Positions 1-8,925 of a stretch of 64,000 bases of DNA are shown here, one piece after another. Origin of the DNA: Anaerolineae bacterium (lineage in GTDB: Bacteria > Chloroflexota > Anaerolineae > JAKLPW01); contig JAKLPW010000138.1 in NCBI GenBank assembly GCA_022013675.1, positions 3,137 through 67,136 of the forward strand, read 5' to 3'. The first letter of the stretch is position 1, and each line of letters starts with the position of its first letter. A program made the position numbers and the translations under genes. Under the pieces are notes generated by a model. That model had not been told where the DNA came from and searched no databases. It was given only the letters and a program-made list of their open reading frames with translations.

Positions 1-960
1 GGTCATGCTCCGCTTCAGAATCGTGGCACGCAGCCATTCGTTGCCCGACTCGATACCCACGCGGATCCCCTGACAGCCAGCGCTCGCCAGAGCCGCTACA
101 ACCTCCTCGTCGCTTTCGATGCGCTCCACTCGGGTGTTGATCCAGAAGGGGTAACCAAACTCCTCGCCGTACGCCTTACAGAACTCCAGGGTCCATTCAC
201 GGTCCAGCGTGAAGGTATCATCCTGAAAGTTAATGACTTTGATGGGATAGCGCTCCCGGATCGCCCGGATTTCGGCCATGACATGCGGCACACTACGAAA
301 GCGAACGTAGCGACCCAGGCCACGAAAGCGCTTCTTCAGTCCCGGATTGCAGCAGTACGAGCAGTTGTAGGGACATCCCCGGCCGCTCATCATATCAATC
401 CAGGCATCATTGTGGGCCAACATGTCGTCATAGTCAAAGATCTCGCGATCGGCAAAGGGCAGATCGTCCAGATCAGCTACCAGCGGGCGCAGCGGGTTGC
501 GGATCACCTCGCCGTTGCGCCTCAGCCAGAGGTTGCGCACGTCCACGTAGTCCTTGCCCTGTTCCAGGCGTTCCACCAGTTCGAGGATCGTGTGTTCTCC
601 CTCTCCCACACAGGCCGCATCAATGGATTCGCAGGCGATTACGTCTGCCGGGCTCAGGGTAGCGTGGGTCCCTCCCGAAAGGACGAAGACACCAGGATGA
701 TGCTGTTTCAGGACAGCGGCATACCGCTCGACGAAAAGATGCTGATGGGTGGTAGACGAGAACCCCACCAGATCAGGTGACTCCGCCTCCACCTCAGCCA
801 GGAATTCCTCTCCGGACAGTTCGCGCTGAAGGTATATCAGGCTGGTCTCGTGACCGGCCTTCTTGAGGACCGCCGAGACGTAGCCCACGCCGTGATAAAA
901 CTTGCGCGAGCCGTACCGTTCGACCCCGCTGACATCCGAATACACAAGTACGATCTTCAT
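1..960 (-). CDS. B12-binding-domain (class B) radical SAM enzyme; 3' end runs off the window
   Basis: Absent from the ORF track because there is no stop in the window. My own reverse translation from ATG (complement of 958-960) gives MKIVLVYSDVSGVERYGSRKFYHGVGYVSAVLKKAGHE... (Rossmann-like N-domain) and ...MMSGRGCPYNCSYCCNP (CxxxCxxC). The frame stays open to position 1. Paralog of 38750-40231. Confidence 0.8.
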   Translation of the reverse strand, partial: MKIVLVYSDVSGVERYGSRKFYHGVGYVSAVLKKAGHETSLIYLQRELSGEEFLAEVEAESPDLVGFSSTTHQHLFVERYAAVLKQHHPGVFVLSGGTHATLSPADVIACESIDAACVGEGEHTILELVERLEQGKDYVDVRNLWLRRNGEVIRNPLRPLVADLDDLPFADREIFDYDDMLAHNDAWIDMMSGRGCPYNCSYCCNPGLKKRFRGLGRYVRFRSVPHVMAEIRAIRERYPIKVINFQDDTFTLDREWTLEFCKAYGEEFGYPFWINTRVERIESDEEVVAALASAGCQGIRVGIESGNEWLRATILKRSMT

Positions 961-1001
961 TTCCCGTCTATCCAATCTGCCATTGTGAGTCCAGATCTGT
1001 C

Positions 1002-4000
1002 CTACTTCTTAATCATGGGCAAGAACCACGGCATAGGCCGAGCGCCAAAGTTCACCTCAATACTCCCACCGGCCGTCAGGTGCTCCTCCCACGTACTCTC
1101 GGTGGTGGAGAAATGCCCGGGGGGATCATATTCAGTCACCCGGTACGTAGCCGGGGCCAGCAGTTGAAAGTAGTAAACTCCATCAGGGCCCGTCAGGTAG
1201 GAAGCCACCTCTTCCCCGATAGCATTCGTTACTACTACAGTGGCCCCCGCCAGCATGTTCTCGCCAGCATCAAGTCTGCCGTTCTCATTCACGTCATTCC
1301 AAATGTATCCTTGCACAACACCGTACTGAGGTATGTCAGTCGCCGTAGGGGTAGGCGAGGCAATAAGTGTAGCGCTGGGCGTCAGTGTCGGCGTAGACGT
1401 AGATGTCGGCGTAGGCGTGATGGTGAGAGTGCTGGTGGGCAACGGAGTAGGGGTAGGCAGGGTGTACTTTAGAGTTAGCTCCGGACGCTTGCTGGTCGCG
1501 GAGTAATCTGATGACGCCACAGAATAGATCACCGACTGGCTACCAATGCCCTTGAGCGTCAGACCACGATTATCCTCCGGTGATGCTGCCCAATCCTGTG
1601 CCAGCGAGCGCAGGTTGAGAGTGACCCAACCTTCAGGGCTTTCCATCCTGACGGTCCCAGCAGGTAGGTCCACGCGATCCGTAGAACCCTTGGCCCCAGC
1701 TTCTTCCCACGCCTCTGCATCGCTGGCTTGATTCCAAGTAGCCTCATCCTCGACCCAATTGCGCAGCATCTTGTGGAAGGTACTATCCAAGGTGCGATCG
1801 TAGTTACGGCTGGTTATGTAGAGGCGCAGAAGAGCGGATTTCACGACAGCATTCTGCGGCACCTCGGAGAGCGGAAAGTAGATCAATGGCGAGTAGATGC
1901 TGTCGTGCTTGACTTTGAGCGTCCACTCACCATCGTAGTTACGGTCCTTTTCATATCCATACAGGTAGGTATCTTCCACGCCAGAATAACCATTAAGGCC
2001 CTGCTGATAGATCAGAGTGGTCAGCGTGCTGGCACCATCCGGATAGATATCGAAGCGATGCTCATTGCCGTTGGGCACAGAGACAGTGAGAATGCCACCA
2101 ACAGGCGCAACAACAGACAACGCATAGTCGCCGGCGGTGAGATCGTAGTCTTCAACGGTGTAGGAGACGCCCGGGTCCAGGCCCATCCAGTTCAGGTCGA
2201 AGCTAATCTCTACCGATGAATTGCGATCATCTGACACCGAAGCATTGATAATGCTCGTGTACGGGTCGTAGTTAGCTTCCACGTAGGTCCAGTAGTGGAC
2301 GCTCCCCGTCTGAGCGATATGCAGCCAGTAGTAGGACTTCGTCTCGTCCGTGCGTATCCTCAGCTCCCGTGGATTATCATTGAGCGTATAGCTGCCCAGG
2401 AAATCGAAGACCCAGTCGACTCCGTAGGGGAGAGGAGTACTATGATCACCCTCGTACCAGCAGAGACAGGTGTGATGATCGGCATCGTAGAAACAATCCA
2501 CCCACGGATACGAAGGCCCGATGGCATCGTAGAGGTCCTGGGCGTGGTGTGGATAGACGACCCCGTCAGACGTGCCATGCAGCATGGCAATGGGAACCTG
2601 CATCAGGTTCATACCCATGCTCTGGCTCGAGCGTCGCTGATACTCAAAGGGAGCCGTGGCCGGGGTATGACCGATCTCTTTTTCGATTGTATCGGAGCGA
2701 TAGCGCTGGGAAGGATCATTGAAGCATTCCCAATGCCAGGCGGCCAGATTAGTGGCCCCTTTCTCCTCCACCACCGCCGCGAAGACATCGGGATACTTGG
2801 CCGCTGTCGTGGCAGCGATCATCCCCCCCATTGACGGCCCGGTCAGATAGACACGCGAAGGATCCACCCTATAGGTGGCTTTCATGACATTCACCAGGTC
2901 AATGATGTCATGCTGTATAGGAAGTGAAGCGGTGTGCTGGCCCCGCAAGCCCGGCGCGGCCAGCAGCCAACCTCGTTCGTTTGCCTCCAGCCCCTTGGCG
3001 TAGACGGCATCAAGATGATTCGCACCCCACCAGGGCAAAGAGATGAGCAGCGGCACGTCCTCCTCACCAGTATAACTCGCGGGCACCTGCGCCATGGCCA
3101 GTTGTTGATGCCCGTCAAATGAGCTGGTTATGGCCCGATAGTCGTAGCGCGGCGCGTCCAGATCGCCCGCCACTACCAGTCGCGCATTAGTGGCCGACCA
3201 GGTCTTGTCACCCCAACTATCGTGGGCCTCCTCATCGTCGGTGATGGTAACCGTGTTCCACCCGGGCGTCAGAATCGCGGGGTCTATCTCCCACATTACT
3301 GTGTGTCCCGCAGCACAGAGAGCGCCGGAATCCCAGGACTCAGACACGCCTATTGACTGGCCATTGACCAGGATCGTGTTCTCGAACTTCACGCCGGCCT
3401 CATCCAGATACAGTCGAGCCCAGGTGGGATCGCCTTCCCAGATCAGCATCAGGTCTGCTGAGTCCGGGTAGTGCCCGGCTGGCCCCACGGTCATACAGTT
3501 AGAAACGGTAGAAGTGATGATGGCACGCGGGGTCGGCGTGGGGGTCGGTACCCCCGTAGGAAAAGGCGTTATTGTGGGCGTGCTAGTTGGTTCCGGAGTC
3601 ACGTCAGGCGAGACCTCGTAGATGACCATCAACTTAGGTAATTGAGATGCGCTACCGTGCTCCGAGGTCCAGAAGGAGCGCTTGATGTTGAGACCGCTGC
3701 CTGACCCCACCAGGATCATACCACGATTCTGTGCCGGGGTGGACACCCAATCCTGCACTAGATTGGTAATCTCCCAATTATACCATTGATTGGTTTCCTG
3801 GATCGTCGTTGTCCCCGCCGCACTGAAATGGCGATCACTGGTATCATCGGCGCCCTTCTGCCCCCACATGTCGCCGCTGCTGGCCATATACCAGCTCGCC
3901 TCCGTCTCTTCCCAGGGTCTGATGAGCTTGTACGCGGTCACCTGGAAGGGATCATTGCAGCGGCGCTCGCAATACCAGTTGGCATACAAGTATAGCCTGG

Positions 4001-4409
4001 CTTCCACCACATCGGCCCAGTAGGGAATGGACGAAATGTCAAAGCGAATGAGGGGCCGCATGATACCGGTGGAGATGACTTTCATGCCAGCATCCACCCC
4101 GTAGTTGTTCCACTCACTCCCAGCCTCCCCCAGAAGGAAAGTCTCTTCCACTCCAGTGTAATCCTGCGAGGGGCTGACTCCATATTGAAACCATACGCTG
4201 ACGCTCTGCTGATGGTACATCGCCGCCTGGCCACCGTCCGTTGAGCCAACATCGGCGTACTGACGCGGATACGTTTCATCCACATAGCCAGATATCTCCG
4301 CCGCAGCGCGAGCCTCTTCCCCATTGAGGACGAGCGCAAACACCACCAACAGAGTCAGACCTATCAGCGACGCCACGAAAGCGTGCAACCAGTTTCGATG
4401 TCTGTACAT
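1002..4409 (-). CDS. Secreted/anchored multidomain protein: 2x DNRLRE-like domain, alpha/beta-hydrolase (esterase/peptidase-like), Pro/Thr linkers, C-terminal SdrD B-like (Cna-B type) domain
   Basis: 1137-aa ORF. The track start at 4415 is GTG; ATG at 4409 gives MYRHRNWLHAFVASLIGLTLLVVFALVL (signal anchor). RPLIRFDISSIP...NRGMILVG and SPLIYFPLSEVP...DNRGLTLKG look like DNRLRE domains. GPSMGG nucleophile elbow, then HGTSDGVV. Linkers TPEPTSTPTITPFPTGVPTPTPTP and LPTPTPLPTSTLTITPTPTSTSTPTLTPS. GYIWNDVNENGRLDAGE...GPDGVYYF...YRVTE matches an SdrD B-like domain. Confidence 0.7.
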   Translation of the reverse strand: MYRHRNWLHAFVASLIGLTLLVVFALVLNGEEARAAAEISGYVDETYPRQYADVGSTDGGQAAMYHQQSVSVWFQYGVSPSQDYTGVEETFLLGEAGSEWNNYGVDAGMKVISTGIMRPLIRFDISSIPYWADVVEARLYLYANWYCERRCNDPFQVTAYKLIRPWEETEASWYMASSGDMWGQKGADDTSDRHFSAAGTTTIQETNQWYNWEITNLVQDWVSTPAQNRGMILVGSGSGLNIKRSFWTSEHGSASQLPKLMVIYEVSPDVTPEPTSTPTITPFPTGVPTPTPTPRAIITSTVSNCMTVGPAGHYPDSADLMLIWEGDPTWARLYLDEAGVKFENTILVNGQSIGVSESWDSGALCAAGHTVMWEIDPAILTPGWNTVTITDDEEAHDSWGDKTWSATNARLVVAGDLDAPRYDYRAITSSFDGHQQLAMAQVPASYTGEEDVPLLISLPWWGANHLDAVYAKGLEANERGWLLAAPGLRGQHTASLPIQHDIIDLVNVMKATYRVDPSRVYLTGPSMGGMIAATTAAKYPDVFAAVVEEKGATNLAAWHWECFNDPSQRYRSDTIEKEIGHTPATAPFEYQRRSSQSMGMNLMQVPIAMLHGTSDGVVYPHHAQDLYDAIGPSYPWVDCFYDADHHTCLCWYEGDHSTPLPYGVDWVFDFLGSYTLNDNPRELRIRTDETKSYYWLHIAQTGSVHYWTYVEANYDPYTSIINASVSDDRNSSVEISFDLNWMGLDPGVSYTVEDYDLTAGDYALSVVAPVGGILTVSVPNGNEHRFDIYPDGASTLTTLIYQQGLNGYSGVEDTYLYGYEKDRNYDGEWTLKVKHDSIYSPLIYFPLSEVPQNAVVKSALLRLYITSRNYDRTLDSTFHKMLRNWVEDEATWNQASDAEAWEEAGAKGSTDRVDLPAGTVRMESPEGWVTLNLRSLAQDWAASPEDNRGLTLKGIGSQSVIYSVASSDYSATSKRPELTLKYTLPTPTPLPTSTLTITPTPTSTSTPTLTPSATLIASPTPTATDIPQYGVVQGYIWNDVNENGRLDAGENMLAGATVVVTNAIGEEVASYLTGPDGVYYFQLLAPATYRVTEYDPPGHFSTTESTWEEHLTAGGSIEVNFGARPMPWFLPMIKK

Positions 4410-4545
4410 TGGCACTTTCTACTCCCTTTGTACGAAGTCCTGCCAGACCTCTTGAGCGACCGAGGAAAACCGACCCTGAGCCTGGTGGACTAACAATGCA
4501 TTATACCTGGAATCAGATCAACCTCCAATTGGAGGGCATTAAGCA

Positions 4546-4647
4546 AGACTTCGGAAGTCTATTGCCCCCGGAAAAACATACTCTGTTCTGTGCAGTTCCA
4601 AACCGGATTGCAGACAACTGCTGCATCGCCGAAGACTTCCGAAGTCT
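4546..4647. repeat. Paired-palindrome intergenic element (AGACTTCGGAAGTCT at 4546-4560 and AGACTTCCGAAGTCT at 4633-4647)
   Basis: Two 15-mers that are reverse complements of each other, each a 7-1-7 palindrome, 87 bp apart. They lie in the 4410-4659 gap. The same architecture recurs at 8926-9024, 53729-53827 and (variant sequence) 23666-23762. Confidence 0.85.
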
Positions 4648-4659
4648 GGCCAGCATCCA

Positions 4660-6648
4660 TCAGCGCACCAGCTCATAAACATGCACCGTATCCACACTGA
4701 TGGGATCCACGGGCACGCACCCTTCTATGACGTCGGACACCCTCTCTCCAAACCAGAGCGGCTCTTCCTGCACCGTCATGACGGGACGCAGTCGCCCGCT
4801 AGATTCGATAGCCGCAGAAACGATGCTCCAATTCTGATCCGGCAGGTCGCCCCACCCTGCATCGTAGGCTCCCTCTCCCACCAGCACCCAGCGCACCCCC
4901 CATGTGCGCAACAGGTCCAGCGTCTCGTCGGAGGGGAAATTGGCCAACTCCGCGTCCTTCACCGCCAGGAACTCCTCCGGATAGAAGGTGCCGTGGCCGT
5001 AGGCCATGGGGTGCCGGTGATATACCGAGCGATAGAGCATCGGACCATTAAGGCCCCGGATGAGCGGGAATTGCATGACCGCCCCTTCCCCCCATTTGGC
5101 CATGTGCTCATCCAAAAGTTGGGCTGCAGTCTTGGAGAAACCGTAAGGAAGCGGAAAAGATGCGAAATCAAAGAGCACCAGGGCAACCAGCAGACTCCCA
5201 AGCAGCGGAATGGGCATTCTTCGCCGGCCGCGTCTCCACGACTCTCCATCTTTGCTCGCGGGCACATCCAGTATAGCCTCATGTTTTTCCTCTTCCCGGG
5301 TGAACCCCAACGCGGCGACGCCCATTCCCGCCAGCACCGCGACCGCGAACACGGTCACTAGCCCGAAACGGTAAAGAGTGCGCATGCCACCTGCAAAGGG
5401 AACGAAGAGGTACGCCAACAAGGCCGGAAGCGGGACCATGATCGCATTGGTAGCTCGCAACGAGTGATACTCCGCAGGATTGAGCGCTAACCGGCCGGTG
5501 AGGACATACATAGCGCGCGAGAAAAGCCCCTCCACCCAGCCGGGGACGGGTATGTAAACCCGCTCTCCTCCCCAGTGTAGCGTCGTTCCCAGGGCAACAA
5601 CGAAAGACAGGCCCGCAATCCAGAGCAAAGCGCGCATCGCGGGTCGGGAACGATCCCATGACCGCAGTCCTATGAATGCCAGTACCAACGCCACCCAGCC
5701 AAGATAGACAAAGCCCGGCACATACCACGGATAGGAGGGAACGTGCCGTCGCGAAGAGAGCACGGCACGGCCCCAGATGGGATGGTACACATTGGGCAAA
5801 AAGAAATCTTCCAGGTTGGCGGCCCACTTCTCCACTTCTCGTAACGACCAACTCATCGTCGCACCGCCGCCACGGATAACCGGGAGGACCACGGGAGCAA
5901 CCAGCAACATGGACACAGTCCCCATCAGCAACACATTGCGCCAGACAACAGCATCCCTCAGACTCGTCCTCCAAGGCCAGAGACGCACTAGAAGATAGAG
6001 TGCCGCGAAAAGGCCCACCACGTAAGCATAGTACCAGGAGGATAGGACGTTCACGGCCAGGAGAACTCCCGACCCAATGGCAAAACGGGCTTTTCTCTCC
6101 CTCAACATTCGTTCCAGGCTCAGAAAGAGCAATGGTATCCATTGAGTCGATATGAGAGGCAGCCACCCCGCCGCCATGGCGTGCATGCGGTAGGGGCAAT
6201 AGGCAAAAATGACCCCCGCAATGACACCCGCCCACTTGCTGCCGGTCAGGTATGTCACCAACAAGTACATGCCCAGGCCCGACAGCACAAAGGAGAGGAA
6301 GAGCAGGCTGTTGAACGCGACCACTTCGTTGCCCAGGATCAGGATCGGAAAGATAAGCGCCTTGTTGGCCAGCATCGTCTCAGAAAGGGAGAGAGCATAG
6401 CCAAAAGGATAGAACATCTCTGGGTTGAAGACCGGCCACTGATGCAAATCCACCAACGAGTGCTTGAACCACCAGAGATCGTAGAGCCACACGAAGTTAT
6501 CCCAAGGTGGTCCCGGAACGGCAGTAGTGAAGTGGCGCGCTAGGGGATAGGTCATCACCAAGGTGAGCGAGGTGAAGAACGCAACAACCCCCAGAATGAC
6601 TCTCCAGCTTCCCCATTTCGGTTGGTTGGACTGTGCCTTTGTATTCAT
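4660..6648 (-). CDS. Large polytopic membrane protein, GT-C-like glycosyltransferase candidate (unclassified); paralog of 31736-33700
   Basis: 662 aa with an ATG start. Many hydrophobic segments, then a late TM (MPIPLLGSLLVALVLFDFASFPL) and a ~180-aa soluble tail. The N-terminal block TYPLARHFTTAVPGPPWDNF...FYPFGYALSLSETMLAN aligns by eye with TYPLVLHLSTAIMGPPGDNF...FYPFGYHVALSETTLSN of 31736-33700. Confidence 0.55.
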   Translation of the reverse strand: MNTKAQSNQPKWGSWRVILGVVAFFTSLTLVMTYPLARHFTTAVPGPPWDNFVWLYDLWWFKHSLVDLHQWPVFNPEMFYPFGYALSLSETMLANKALIFPILILGNEVVAFNSLLFLSFVLSGLGMYLLVTYLTGSKWAGVIAGVIFAYCPYRMHAMAAGWLPLISTQWIPLLFLSLERMLRERKARFAIGSGVLLAVNVLSSWYYAYVVGLFAALYLLVRLWPWRTSLRDAVVWRNVLLMGTVSMLLVAPVVLPVIRGGGATMSWSLREVEKWAANLEDFFLPNVYHPIWGRAVLSSRRHVPSYPWYVPGFVYLGWVALVLAFIGLRSWDRSRPAMRALLWIAGLSFVVALGTTLHWGGERVYIPVPGWVEGLFSRAMYVLTGRLALNPAEYHSLRATNAIMVPLPALLAYLFVPFAGGMRTLYRFGLVTVFAVAVLAGMGVAALGFTREEEKHEAILDVPASKDGESWRRGRRRMPIPLLGSLLVALVLFDFASFPLPYGFSKTAAQLLDEHMAKWGEGAVMQFPLIRGLNGPMLYRSVYHRHPMAYGHGTFYPEEFLAVKDAELANFPSDETLDLLRTWGVRWVLVGEGAYDAGWGDLPDQNWSIVSAAIESSGRLRPVMTVQEEPLWFGERVSDVIEGCVPVDPISVDTVHVYELVR

Positions 6649-6698
6649 AGTTGTACGGGTGTGAGCGGGTTAGCGATCAGCGGTCAGCGATCAGCTCT

Positions 6699-6830
6699 CG
6701 TTGGGTGAGGTCTCCCGACCGAACCCCTCTCCGTTGGGTGAGGTCTCCCGACCAAACCCCTCTCCGTTGGGTGAGGTCTCCCGACCGAACCCCTCTCCGT
6801 TGGGCGAGGTCTCCCGACCGAACCCTCTCA
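6699..6830. repeat. Tandem array A: 4 x 33-bp units cgttgggtgaGGTCTCCCGACCgaacccctctc
   Basis: Units start at 6699, 6732, 6765 and 6798, and the first three are near-identical. The array abuts the stop codon (6828-6830) of the GT2 gene and fills the gap to the next start (6648). Confidence 0.9.
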
Positions 6831-7583
6831 CCCATCATCCTCAGAAGACTGGACGGAAGCGGATCGAGGGAGTGAAGCCTCCGGCAAGGCTGTCCGCCTC
6901 GAGCCGGTCCACACCTGCCAGCGTTTCCAAAAGAGAAAGAGAAGATTGCCCACGCCGTCGCCCCACAGATTAAGCTTGCTCTCCCCAACCCTTGCCGTGT
7001 AATAAATGGGCAACTCTCGCGAGACTAGATCATCGCGAAGAAAGGCCTCGATCTTGAGTTCTTCCGACAGTGACATCCCATCGCTGGTTGCGTTCAGCAA
7101 AGGTAGAACAGACCGCTTGAAGACCCACATCCCTGACTGGGAATCATGCAAACGAATGCCAAAAAGGAGCAGGACGAAGATGTTTAGCAGCCGATTGCCG
7201 AATACGCGCAAGGCGGTGCCCGCCCCACTGCTCTTGTGCCCTGTTCGATCGCACGTAATGAAGTCTATCTCCTCGTCGAACATTACATCCAGTAGGACGG
7301 GAATAAAGTTGCGTGGATACGTTCCATCGCCGTCCATCGTGACGATGATATCCCCACTGGCAGCCTTGAAGCCGGCCTTGTAGGCGGCCCCATAGCCTTG
7401 CCTCCCCTCGAAGACGACTGTTGCTCCCAATTCGCGCGCAACCTTGGCCGTGTCATCCGCGGAGTTGTTGTCCACGACAATGACCTCGTCGACCAGGTCG
7501 GGCATGTCCGACATCACTACCGGGATACCATCTTCCTCATTGTAACACGGCACAACTACGGAAATCGTGCGGCCTTTATACAC
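6828..7583 (-). CDS. GT2 glycosyltransferase, polyprenyl/dolichyl-phosphate sugar synthase-like
   Basis: ISVVVPCYNEEDGI...VIVVDNNSADDT...GQGYGAAYKAGF...IVTMDGDGTYP (GT-A DxD region). GTG start preceded by gaggggga. Confidence 0.8.
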   Translation of the reverse strand: MYKGRTISVVVPCYNEEDGIPVVMSDMPDLVDEVIVVDNNSADDTAKVARELGATVVFEGRQGYGAAYKAGFKAASGDIIVTMDGDGTYPRNFIPVLLDVMFDEEIDFITCDRTGHKSSGAGTALRVFGNRLLNIFVLLLFGIRLHDSQSGMWVFKRSVLPLLNATSDGMSLSEELKIEAFLRDDLVSRELPIYYTARVGESKLNLWGDGVGNLLFLFWKRWQVWTGSRRTALPEASLPRSASVQSSEDDG

Positions 7584-7651
7584 TCTCTGTCCCCCTCAGA
7601 TTTAATATAAACGTACCCTCACCAGCAGCCAGACAGGACAATCCTGAAAGG

Positions 7652-8818
7652 CTACTCCTCCTCAACGTGCGTAATCTTCTCTGCCTGTTTGATCTTCTCA
7701 CCACTCAGCCGATAGCGCATCTTCGCCCCCTTGAGACCGATCCACTCACGCCCCACCCTCGGCAGAACCAACGGGTTGAAAATGATGTTCACGGTCAAGA
7801 AGCATTCGTAGGTGCAGAAACACTTAGAGTCTACTATACCCTTACGAATCGCGCGCGCCTTCGGGCTGAACCAGAGCTTCTTGAAATCATAGTCATAGTC
7901 GCGGACGTTGCCAATCTCCTTGTCCAGTAGCAACTCACAGGGGTGTACCTGGCCTCGGCTGAACATGTTCCCAGCCAACGCTCCCGCATAGCAAGGAATC
8001 TGGAAACGTTGCTCCCGAACGGTCTTGGCAATAATCTTGGGTCGCACCATACGTTTAGCGTTGATGACGTCCCCAAAAGGCATCTTGTAGTAGCCACTCA
8101 ATATGAGATGCCTGTTATCGGCCTCCAACACACGCTGGAACTCCTCATACTTGGCTATATCGAAGTCCTTGGCCCCCGGCTCTCGAGGTGCTCCGCGGGT
8201 CAGCAGAGTGAAGACGGTATTGACCCCTTCCTTACGCTTGAGGTAGTCGTAGAGGTCCAGTAATTGATGCTGATTGTAAGCCGATACAGTTACTTCGACA
8301 CAAGTGCTGAAATTGGGATAGTGCCGTTCCAGCTTACGTAGCTCCCTATAGGTAGTAATAGTCTTATCGAAAAGACCAGGCACACCCCGGATCTCATTAT
8401 GTAACTCAGGGAGGCCATCAATGGAGATATCAATGTGCAGATCGAGATCGGGACAACTGTCAAGGATATCCCGCGTGGTTCGCACAACCCTAGCGGTCAT
8501 GCTACCGTTGGAGGGGATGCCCACGTTGACGGCATGGTTGTTCTTGTGGAATATCTTGACGATCTCGGCCAGGTCGCGGCGGAGGAAAGGCTCCCCGCCC
8601 GTGGGTGTGAAGAAGAGCATATCGTCCATACTGGCCGAGACCTTCTCTATCTCATCTATAGTTAGCTCGTTCTTTATCGTCTCCGGGCGCACCCCAAGCA
8701 GACAGTGCTTGCAGCGCGCATTGCAGTTCTCGGTGACAAAGAAGACAAAATACAACGGCGTGGCACTTCCTTTGTAAATGGCCCTCTTTGCATACTTCAG
8801 ATATCCCAACGCGCCCAT
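7652..8818 (-). CDS. Radical SAM enzyme with SPASM/twitch-like C-terminal Cys cluster
   Basis: FVTENCNARCKHCLL (CxxxCxxC); later CYAGALAGNMFSRGQVHPC (Cx12Gx4C) and CFCTYEC. ATG start at 8818. Confidence 0.8.
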   Translation of the reverse strand: MGALGYLKYAKRAIYKGSATPLYFVFFVTENCNARCKHCLLGVRPETIKNELTIDEIEKVSASMDDMLFFTPTGGEPFLRRDLAEIVKIFHKNNHAVNVGIPSNGSMTARVVRTTRDILDSCPDLDLHIDISIDGLPELHNEIRGVPGLFDKTITTYRELRKLERHYPNFSTCVEVTVSAYNQHQLLDLYDYLKRKEGVNTVFTLLTRGAPREPGAKDFDIAKYEEFQRVLEADNRHLILSGYYKMPFGDVINAKRMVRPKIIAKTVREQRFQIPCYAGALAGNMFSRGQVHPCELLLDKEIGNVRDYDYDFKKLWFSPKARAIRKGIVDSKCFCTYECFLTVNIIFNPLVLPRVGREWIGLKGAKMRYRLSGEKIKQAEKITHVEEE

Positions 8819-8925
8819 ATTATTGTAATACCTCCAACAGTAATGACTAATAGCTCACTATTATACCATAGATGATAGATGATAGAACAGCCCGATTTTG
8901 GTTATGGGGACAGGGTTCTTCCCCT

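Noticed and set aside
6677-6988. Repeat-encoded peptides (RSGDLTQRRGV x4; also GRETFANGARSGDLCQRGAV... at 27795-28034) as multi-core RiPP precursors for the nearby radical SAM/SPASM enzymes.
   Set aside because: The same DNA core gives open frames on both strands and in all frames. The array periods are 33, 25, 28 and ~30 bp, mostly not multiples of 3. The orientation relative to the operon is inconsistent, and there is no start or RBS context. The peptide repeats are a by-product of a nucleotide-level repeat.
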